DNA of 60,876 nucleotides from positions 1 to 60,876 of the forward strand of contig DAORXQ010000001.1 in NCBI GenBank assembly GCA_035371905.1, in the 5' to 3' direction. The notes under the pieces are model-generated. The model made no database searches. It saw only the letters and a list, made by a program, of their open reading frames with translations, and was not told the origin of the DNA. Every line of letters begins with the position of its first letter. Positions within the stretch are counted from its first letter, which is position 1. Below, in pieces: positions 54,659 through 60,876 of the stretch. This stretch comes from a bacterium. GTDB lineage: Bacteria > Ratteibacteria > UBA8468 > B48-G9 > JAFGKM01. A program made the translations under genes and the position numbers.

Positions 54659-55374
54659 AAACAAAAAGAATAAAAAAAGGAGGTTTCACATTAATTGAAC
54701 TTCTTGTTGTAATTTCAATAATCTCAATGCTTGCGGGCCAGATTTTACCATCACTTTCAACTGCAAGAGAAAAAGGAAGACAGGCAAACTGTATTAATAA
54801 TCTCCATCAGATTGGACTTGCAATTGAAATGTATTATCAGGATTATGATGAATATCCAACATGGCTTTCTTTACTCTGTAAAAGCGATACCCCTGGAATT
54901 GGTTCAAATTATCTCGGAACAGGTAAAATTTTTCTCTGTTTAACCGATATGAATAAAGGAAATAAAGGACATGGAAATCCATCCTTTCCTGAAATATGTG
55001 ATATCCCATTATCAAAAGTTCAGAATAGTTATCCTTCATATACGCCTGATACCTTTGACCAGAATGCTTATGCCCATAGAAATCCATCTGTTGAGGCCTG
55101 TTCATATTCATACGAATTTGCTCCAACGCATTGCAAATGGTTTGAAAGTACTCATAACCAAACAGATATTGCCCAGGCAGATGTAAACAACGATGGTGTA
55201 GTTTCATGGAAAGAAGCAAAGGTCTGGCAATCAAATCATGGTTATGGTGGACAAGTACCAATTGTAAGATGTTTCTGGCATTACTACAATCATAAACAGA
55301 AAATATTAAATCTTGCTTTCAGGGACTATAATGTTTTTATAAGCCAACCCGAATGGGAATCCTCATCTTACTGA
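54655..55374 (+). CDS. Prepilin-type N-terminal cleavage/methylation protein (DUF1559-like)
   Basis: [51 protein letters not shown] overlap with the HEAT-repeat gene. Confidence 0.75.
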   Translation: MKTKRIKKGGFTLIELLVVISIISMLAGQILPSLSTAREKGRQANCINNLHQIGLAIEMYYQDYDEYPTWLSLLCKSDTPGIGSNYLGTGKIFLCLTDMNKGNKGHGNPSFPEICDIPLSKVQNSYPSYTPDTFDQNAYAHRNPSVEACSYSYEFAPTHCKWFESTHNQTDIAQADVNNDGVVSWKEAKVWQSNHGYGGQVPIVRCFWHYYNHKQKILNLAFRDYNVFISQPEWESSSY

Positions 55375-55379
55375 AAAAT

Positions 55380-56306
55380 TTATCTTTTTGAGAGAAACCA
55401 TTCAATTGTTTTTTTAATTCCCTCTTCTATTTTATATTTAGGAGCCCAGTTGGTCTGACTTTTAATCTTTTCAATTGATAGGCAACTCCTTTTTAATTCT
55501 CCCTTTCTTTCTTCTCCATAAACTTTTTTACAATTTTTTCCAATATTCTCTTTTATAATCTCAAATATTCTGTTTACACTTGTTTCAATCCCTGTTCCCA
55601 CATTAAAAACTCCTGTTGTTTCATTCTTCATAAATAAAACATTTGCCTCAACAACATCATCAATAAAAATAAAATCCCTCGTCTGGTTTCCATCTCCAAA
55701 AATTATACATTCTTTCCCATCAAGTATTCTTGATATAAAAATTGCAATAACACCTGCTTCTGACAGATAATTCTGCCTCGGACCATAAACATTTCCATAC
55801 CTTAAAGCAACATAATTTATTCCATACTTTTTCCAGTAAGCATATAATAGTTTTTCACCTGTTAATTTTGAAATACCATAAACACATATAGGAAATGGCT
55901 CAATAGTTTCAGGACTTGGAAAAATATCAGTCAATCCATACATAACTCCACCTGTTGAAGAAAAAATAATTTTTTTGGGTGGTTTTTCCTTTGCACATTC
56001 AAGAATATTTATAATCCCTCCTATATTTACATCAACATCAAAGATAGGGTCTTCCTCTCCCTTTCTAACATTTATCTGTGCAGCAAAATGAAAAATATAA
56101 TCAAAATAATAATTATCAAAAATCTCTTTTAACTTTTCTTTTTCCCTTATATCAAAATTATAAAAAATAACTTCTTCATTCAGATTTTCCAGTGAACCTG
56201 TTGAAAGATTATCAATTACTATAACTTCATTCCTTTCTTTAACCAATCTATCAACTGTATGACTTCCTATAAAACCTGCTCCACCTGTAACAAGAATTTT
56301 TGACAT
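55380..56306 (-). CDS. NAD-dependent sugar epimerase/dehydratase (UDP-glucose 4-epimerase-like SDR)
   Basis: ILVTGGAGFIGSH, Y-x3-K (YGISKLTGE). The start is taken at MSKILVTG, 2 nt after the upstream stop. Confidence 0.8.
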   Translation of the reverse strand: MSKILVTGGAGFIGSHTVDRLVKERNEVIVIDNLSTGSLENLNEEVIFYNFDIREKEKLKEIFDNYYFDYIFHFAAQINVRKGEEDPIFDVDVNIGGIINILECAKEKPPKKIIFSSTGGVMYGLTDIFPSPETIEPFPICVYGISKLTGEKLLYAYWKKYGINYVALRYGNVYGPRQNYLSEAGVIAIFISRILDGKECIIFGDGNQTRDFIFIDDVVEANVLFMKNETTGVFNVGTGIETSVNRIFEIIKENIGKNCKKVYGEERKGELKRSCLSIEKIKSQTNWAPKYKIEEGIKKTIEWFLSKR

Positions 56307-56308
56307 TT

Positions 56309-57280
56309 TTAATCCTTCAAAATGACATCCTTGAGCCAATCCCTGTTTTCAATATACCAGTTTACTGTTCTTTCAATACCTTCATTTATATCAATTTTAG
56401 GAGTCCAGTTCAATAAATTTTTTGCCTTTGTTATATCAGCATAAGTTGCCTTTATATCCGCTTTATGAAATGGAGCATAAATAATCTTTGCTTTTTTATT
56501 CAATTTTTCCTCAATTAATTTTATAATTTCATTCAATTGATGTGGATTGCTGTTCCCAAGATTTATTACATGGAAACCAGAAAGATTGAGCCCTGAAATA
56601 GTCCCTTCTGCAATATCATCAATATAGGTAAAATCCCTGCTCTGTGTCCCATCTCCATAAACAGTTATCTCTTTTTCCTCATCAATCAATTTTATAAACT
56701 TAAAAATACTCATATCAGGTCTTCCACATGGTCCATAAACAGTAAAATATCTGAAAATAACAACATCAATCCCGAAAAGATAATGGTAAGTATAACAGGT
56801 AAGTTCTGCTGCTTTCTTACTTGTAGCATAAGGAGAAATTGGATTATTTACAGGCAAGTCCTCTTTAAAAGGTGTATTACAACCAGCATAAAGAGAAGAT
56901 GTTGAGGCAAGAATAAATTTTTTTATTTTAAAGTCCTTCGCACATTCAAGAAGATTTAAATTCCCTATTACATTTGTCTGGTAATAAATTTCAGGATTTT
57001 CAATACTTGCTCTCACTCCAGCACGAGCAGCAAGATTTATTATTGCATCCGGCTTTGCTTCCTTTACAATATATTTAATATTTTCCCTTGAAATATCAAG
57101 TTTTACAAATGAGAAATTTTTATTTTTCTGTAATTTATCCAGTCGCCACTTTTTCAATTTTACATCATAATAATCATTCAAATCATCAATACCAAGAACT
57201 TCTTCTCCTTTTTCCAATAACTTTTCCGAAACCTTCCATCCAATAAAACCACATGCACCTGTAACTAAAATTTTTCCCAT
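56309..57280 (-). CDS. NAD-dependent sugar epimerase (UDP-glucuronate 4-epimerase-like SDR)
   Basis: ILVTGACGFIGWK, YATSKKAAE, GDGTQSRDFTYIDD. Confidence 0.8.
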   Translation of the reverse strand: MGKILVTGACGFIGWKVSEKLLEKGEEVLGIDDLNDYYDVKLKKWRLDKLQKNKNFSFVKLDISRENIKYIVKEAKPDAIINLAARAGVRASIENPEIYYQTNVIGNLNLLECAKDFKIKKFILASTSSLYAGCNTPFKEDLPVNNPISPYATSKKAAELTCYTYHYLFGIDVVIFRYFTVYGPCGRPDMSIFKFIKLIDEEKEITVYGDGTQSRDFTYIDDIAEGTISGLNLSGFHVINLGNSNPHQLNEIIKLIEEKLNKKAKIIYAPFHKADIKATYADITKAKNLLNWTPKIDINEGIERTVNWYIENRDWLKDVILKD

Positions 57281-57287
57281 GCTTTAA

Positions 57288-57296
57288 ATTATATCA
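57288..57296 (-). promoter_or_regulatory. Extended -10 TGaTATAAT, 7 nt upstream of the ATG at 57280 (leaderless candidate)
   Basis: The minus strand reads tTGATATAATttaaagcATG. Confidence 0.45.
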
Positions 57297-57332
57297 TAAA
57301 TTTAAAAAGTCAAATCAAAAAATTAATTTAAC

Positions 57333-57362
57333 TTGACACACCTACAAAAAACAAGGTAAAAT
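57333..57362 (+). promoter_or_regulatory. Promoter TTGACA-N18-TAAAAT, 6 nt upstream of the GTG at 57369
   Basis: Counted directly. Only CAAACT separates the -10 box from the GTG. Confidence 0.45.
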
Positions 57363-57368
57363 CAAACT

Positions 57369-60026
57369 GTGGAAAAAAAAAGAAATAAAGGTGTAGCATT
57401 AATTGCTGTAATTGTAATGATAGTTCTTTTTTCTTCCCTTATAATGGTCGTTGTCCTTTCATCTACAATGTCAATAAAAAGGGCTTATTTTTATCATGAT
57501 AGAACAAAAGCACTTGAAATAGCAGAAAACGCAATACAGGATGTATTTAACTGGATGAATTACCGTGCCTATGATACAGAATACTATCCTTCCTGGTATG
57601 CAAACAATCAACCACCTGATTCTCCAACAAAAGTTTACTTTACAGGAACAACTTTTTCCCCAAGTCCTGTAAAAGTAAATGCCCCTTATATTCCAGAAAA
57701 AGGAGAATGTATAGTTGAATTTTTTGATGATAATGGGGAGAATAAAGATACAATAACAGCTATAGGTAAATACAGGGGGAGAACAGCAAAATTAAGTGTG
57801 AAGGTAAGGGGGGAAAATGGATATGATAATAATACACATAAAAACTTTGCTTTAAGATTGGGGAATATAGAGACATTTCAAGTTGATATAAATTTTGAGC
57901 CAATAGGTGCTAATCCATCCATTCAATATCCTGATAAAGGAGAAGTTTTTGGAGATAGAGGGAATGGTTATAAATATGGCTGGAGTGAGGATAGAACTGG
58001 TTATGTATATGACAGGGATATATTACCCAACTCTTATCAGTATCTTGATAATCAGTATCTTGATACCCTTGCGATAATGAATGGAGCAAAATGGGAGATA
58101 GAAGTTCCTAACTGGTATTATAGTGTTACCGTTGATTGTGGAGACCCTATGGACCCTGAGTGTGATGATTATAACCATGATTTAATTATAGAAGGGCAAT
58201 TAAGTCACATTTCTTCACCTAATTTTTCTGTTAGTGTTTTAAGAAACCCTGGACCACCTCCAGTATACGATGTTTACTGGTATAAAAGGCACATTGTAGA
58301 TGTCACAGTAAATGATGGGAGATTAACAATTGAACCAGTAGATACATCTAATAATGGTCCGAGAATATGTCATATTCAAATAAGACCAAATTCAGGTGTA
58401 AACTGGGCAACACCAGAAGCATTTAATAAACATCTTGTATATTCAAATACTGTGTCAGGAAATACAGGGTCAAATCAAATTCTTGTTAATGGAAATATAA
58501 CTTATAATAACTGGCAGGCAAATTTAAATTATAAAGATGAAAGTAAAAAAACTTTTACACATACCAGTTCTTTTTCAATTCCGAGAAATTCAGCAAGTAT
58601 AAGTATTCCAGTAGCAACAACTTTACAACAGCCAAATTTTACACCAACTCCTACAATGAGATTTAAGGATAGCAATGGCAGTACTCCTTATGACCCTGCA
58701 ACAGGTTATAATTCTTATACTGACTTAACAAATATTAATGGTGGAAATGACCCTTATAATGTTTCAGGAACAAGTGAATATTATACCTTTTCAAATTTAA
58801 GTAATCTTTCATCAGGTACTTATTTTTTTGAAAAAACAGATAGTAAAACACAATTACAGATAAAATTTACACCAAACAGCAATCCCAACATTCCTTCAGG
58901 AATAATCCTAAAAGCAGGAGCAATTGATTCAGGTGAAGCAGCAGATATAATAATTGATGTTAATCTTGATTCATCTACCTCAATACTCGGTCAACTTATG
59001 GCTGAAAGAAATATTGAGATAACTGGAAGTATCCCTGTTTCCATCGGTTCTTCAAATCAATATACAATTGCTGCAAGAGATACAGTTAAAATCAGTCCAT
59101 CAGGAAATCTTACAATAAATGGAAATATTTATGGTGGAAAAAAAGTTTATATTCAGGCAAATAACAATACAATCACAATAAATGGAAATATCTGTGCAGA
59201 TAATCAAAGTGAAAATAGTGAAATAGAAATAAGAGGAACAGGAACAATAAATATAAATGGAAAAATCTATGCTAAAACTAAAATAACAATAGATGGAACA
59301 GGTTTAAATTTAACAATAAGCGATGAAGTTAACTGCCCTGGTGAAGTAATAATTCAGGGAAGTGGAAATGTAACAATTAATAAAGATTTAAAAGGTGGAC
59401 TTCAAACAGGTGGTTCAGTAAATTTAACTGTAAACGGCAGTGTATTTTCTAATACCGCAAATATACCTATAAATATTGGAGGAACTGGAAATATCAACAT
59501 AAATGGAGTTATAGCAGGAGTGGGTGTTATTACAATTTCAAATTCAAAATTAACAGTTGACGCAAGAAATACAAATTATGCTGGTGCTATATGCTGGGAT
59601 GGAAATGGAACAATAACAATATCTTCCTCTCCAGCAATTTATCTCGGCGAGCATCAATATTCAGCAATTTTTGTTGATTCTGGAACAGGTGATGTAAATA
59701 TAAATGCCCGTATAAATCCAAACTATTATCTACCCACTTCTCAATCAGTTTCAAATCAGATGGCCATAATAAACAAATCAAGTTCTAATAATATAAACAT
59801 TAATGCAGAAGTGGTTGGACCTGTGTATTCAAGAACAAATATAACAGTGGGAACAAACGGAAAAGTAAAAGGAGCAATAATAACAGACGGGACTCTTACT
59901 TTAAATGGTGGAGAAATAATTTATGATAGCGCTCCTTTTAAGAATAATACAGAAGTTTATAAGGGCTTTACAGGTGGCAGAAGAAAATATTTACCAGTTA
60001 TAGGAAGTTGGAGAATTGAATGGTGA
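57369..60026 (+). CDS. Giant PilX-like minor-pilin/pseudopilin: N-terminal PilX-type anchor, lectin-like beta-sandwich, long C-terminal beta-solenoid
   Basis: The leader MEKKRNKG is followed by the hydrophobic VALIAVIVMIVLFSSLIMVVVL and ..RTKALEIAENAIQD (PilX_N pattern). Residues ~160-340 have a malectin/CBM-like signature (KWEIEVPNWYYSVTVDCGD...VNDGRLTIEP...ICHIQI). Residues ~560-860 carry ~20-residue repeats (TINGNIYGG, TINGNICAD, NINGKIYAK, NINGVIAGV...). Confidence 0.65.
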   Translation: MEKKRNKGVALIAVIVMIVLFSSLIMVVVLSSTMSIKRAYFYHDRTKALEIAENAIQDVFNWMNYRAYDTEYYPSWYANNQPPDSPTKVYFTGTTFSPSPVKVNAPYIPEKGECIVEFFDDNGENKDTITAIGKYRGRTAKLSVKVRGENGYDNNTHKNFALRLGNIETFQVDINFEPIGANPSIQYPDKGEVFGDRGNGYKYGWSEDRTGYVYDRDILPNSYQYLDNQYLDTLAIMNGAKWEIEVPNWYYSVTVDCGDPMDPECDDYNHDLIIEGQLSHISSPNFSVSVLRNPGPPPVYDVYWYKRHIVDVTVNDGRLTIEPVDTSNNGPRICHIQIRPNSGVNWATPEAFNKHLVYSNTVSGNTGSNQILVNGNITYNNWQANLNYKDESKKTFTHTSSFSIPRNSASISIPVATTLQQPNFTPTPTMRFKDSNGSTPYDPATGYNSYTDLTNINGGNDPYNVSGTSEYYTFSNLSNLSSGTYFFEKTDSKTQLQIKFTPNSNPNIPSGIILKAGAIDSGEAADIIIDVNLDSSTSILGQLMAERNIEITGSIPVSIGSSNQYTIAARDTVKISPSGNLTINGNIYGGKKVYIQANNNTITINGNICADNQSENSEIEIRGTGTININGKIYAKTKITIDGTGLNLTISDEVNCPGEVIIQGSGNVTINKDLKGGLQTGGSVNLTVNGSVFSNTANIPINIGGTGNININGVIAGVGVITISNSKLTVDARNTNYAGAICWDGNGTITISSSPAIYLGEHQYSAIFVDSGTGDVNINARINPNYYLPTSQSVSNQMAIINKSSSNNININAEVVGPVYSRTNITVGTNGKVKGAIITDGTLTLNGGEIIYDSAPFKNNTEVYKGFTGGRRKYLPVIGSWRIEW
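60004..60024 (+). repeat. Direct repeat copy 1: GAAGTTGGAGAATTGAATGGT
   Basis: Identical 21-mer at 60504-60524, offset exactly 500 bp. Covers the last codons of the 885-aa gene. Confidence 0.95.
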
Positions 60027-60040
60027 AGAAGGAGGAAAAA

Positions 60041-60289
60041 ATGTTAATGGAGTATATTGAAAAAGCGTTAAAAAAAGCAGAATATAAAAAAATTGAAGAT
60101 GGAACCTGGTTTGGTACAATAAAGAATTTTGAAGGTGTTTGGGCTAATGGAAAAACTATTGAAGAAACAAGAAGACAACTTATAGAAGTATTAGAAGAAT
60201 GGCTTTTACTGAAAATAAAAGATGGAGATGAAATTCCGGAAATAGACGGTGAAAAAATTGAAATAAAAAGAGTTCCAAGTAAGATATGA
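60041..60289 (+). CDS. hicB: HicB-family antitoxin (UPF0150-like)
   Basis: ..GTWFGTIKNFEGVWANGKTIEETRRQLIEVLEEWLLLKIKDGDEIPEI. The ATG at 60041 is preceded by GGAGG. The tracked ORF starts at the duplicated ATG at 60020. Confidence 0.75.
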   Translation: MLMEYIEKALKKAEYKKIEDGTWFGTIKNFEGVWANGKTIEETRRQLIEVLEEWLLLKIKDGDEIPEIDGEKIEIKRVPSKI

Positions 60290-60501
60290 AAAAAGTAATA
60301 AAATTTGATGAACTTGTGAGAAAATTTAGGAAATTAGGTTATGAAGGGCCCTTTTCAGGTGGGAAACATTTATTTATGAAAAAAGGAAGTAAGAAGGTTC
60401 ACATACCCAATCCTCATAAAAGTAAAGATATTCATATAAGTTTGCTTAAAGAGATTTTAAAATGTGCTGGAATTGATGAAAAGGAATGGGAAGATGCATA
60501 A
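60286..60501 (+). CDS. hicA: HicA-family mRNA interferase toxin
   Basis: KLGYEGPFSGGKHLFMKKGSKKVHIPNPHKSKDIHISLLKEILKCAGI. ATGA overlap with hicB. Confidence 0.8.
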   Translation: MKKVIKFDELVRKFRKLGYEGPFSGGKHLFMKKGSKKVHIPNPHKSKDIHISLLKEILKCAGIDEKEWEDA

Positions 60502-60503
60502 GA

Positions 60504-60524
60504 GAAGTTGGAGAATTGAATGGT
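60504..60524 (+). repeat. Direct repeat copy 2: GAAGTTGGAGAATTGAATGGT
   Basis: Contains the ATG (60520) of the downstream prepilin gene and a dead ..SWRIEW-TAA remnant. Confidence 0.95.
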
Positions 60525-60876
60525 AAATAAAAATGGATTAACTCTACTTGAAGTTTTGATTGCAGTTTTTCTTATGGCTATTGTTATTGCTGGTGGACTT
60601 CTTTTAATTTCAGGAAATTTAAATGTTATAAAAAAGGCAAATGAATTAACTATAGCAACTGCTTTATTACAATATACAATTGAAGATATTAAAAATATTG
60701 ATTTTCCACCAGTTTATTATGATAGGCAAGGTAATTTTGGAGATGAAGTTGAAACAGAATCAATTGTAGATGTAAATTTATATACTGATTATACACCTGT
60801 TTTTTACAAAAATGATTATAGGATTATAAGATTTGTTCAAGGTTTAGATAGTTCTGGGAATATTATTTCAAATTTT
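60520..60876 (+). CDS. Prepilin-type minor pilin/pseudopilin (5' partial, runs off the window)
   Basis: MVNKNG/LTLLEVLIAVFLMAIVIAGGLLLI: a class III signal peptide with Glu at +5. Open to the window end. Confidence 0.7.
   Translation, partial: MVNKNGLTLLEVLIAVFLMAIVIAGGLLLISGNLNVIKKANELTIATALLQYTIEDIKNIDFPPVYYDRQGNFGDEVETESIVDVNLYTDYTPVFYKNDYRIIRFVQGLDSSGNIISNF

Noticed and set aside
54794-55261. 155-aa ORF on the minus strand inside the pilin-like gene; similar antisense or alternate-frame ORFs at 1549-1773, 7258-7512, 13444-13994, 16215-17121, 20330-20713, 22316-22764, 37273-37637, 40131-41134 and 53307-53906
   Set aside because: All lie fully within stronger, family-assignable genes on the other strand or frame. 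Their composition (poly-Phe/Leu/Ser, Cys-rich) is typical of shadow frames of K/E/I-rich AT-rich coding sequence. None has a start-site signal.
1-60876. Scan for CRISPR arrays, rRNA, integrons, prophage blocks and large non-coding RNAs
   Set aside because: No regularly spaced repeats were seen. After repairing the three frameshifted genes, the only intergenic gap over 140 bp is 21728-21913, which is explained by two divergent promoters. That leaves no room for such elements.

Overview
Visibly AT-rich, very compact bacterial chromosome segment: intergenic gaps are mostly under 60 bp and many gene pairs overlap by ATGA or 4 nt. I count about 75 protein genes and two tRNA-Gln genes (anticodons UUG and CUG). 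I found no rRNA, CRISPR array or complete IS element. The host looks diderm (RND/TolC pump, PagL-like deacylase, TonB/ExbD, L,D-transpeptidase). It encodes several prepilin-type proteins with the [27 protein letters not shown]-terminus typical of PVC/Omnitrophota-like lineages; that lineage hint is inference only. Most content is housekeeping:
- a nikK-M-L-Q-O type ECF Ni/Co transporter
- rpe (two copies), hisD, hisB, rbsK
- a tetR-tolC-mfp-RND operon
- prs, glmU-like, spoVG, ispE, grpE, lepB, tsaB
- uvrD/pcrA, pyrB, pyrR, a GH42 beta-galactosidase, cysS, serA, rny, nfi
- trxB, trpE/trpG, a ferredoxin, exbD-tonB and two NAD-dependent sugar epimerases

Accessory or unusual content, in my order of interest:
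1. A hicB-hicA toxin-antitoxin pair is bracketed by a perfect 21-bp direct repeat exactly 500 bp apart. It sits in the junction between an 885-aa PilX-like protein and the next prepilin gene, and the duplication preserves the stop of one gene and the start of the other.
2. That 885-aa protein combines a PilX-type N-terminal anchor, a lectin-like beta-sandwich and a long beta-solenoid.
3. A -10 box lies only 6-8 nt upstream of the start codon, with no SD, at 11 or more genes, implying widespread leaderless mRNAs.
4. An ECF sigma, a ZAS (HxxxCxxC) anti-sigma, hsp20 and trxB cluster together, with an SD-sequestering hairpin (RNA-thermometer candidate) before hsp20. A similar hairpin plus a 30-codon upstream ORF precedes rny.
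5. A type II R-M pair has a frameshifted endonuclease. It lies next to the conserved but uncharacterised DUF2157/DUF4401/GDYXXLXY membrane triad and a Xer recombinase.
6. Two tiny, extremely basic ORFs have their own promoter and strong SD.
7. SpoVG carries an inserted zinc ribbon.
8. A trpE-trpG-radical SAM operon has no trpDCBA in the window.

Three genes are interrupted by single-base changes in T/A homopolymers. This may be assembly error rather than biology. All calls come from reading the supplied ORF translations and the DNA by eye; no searches or computations were run.
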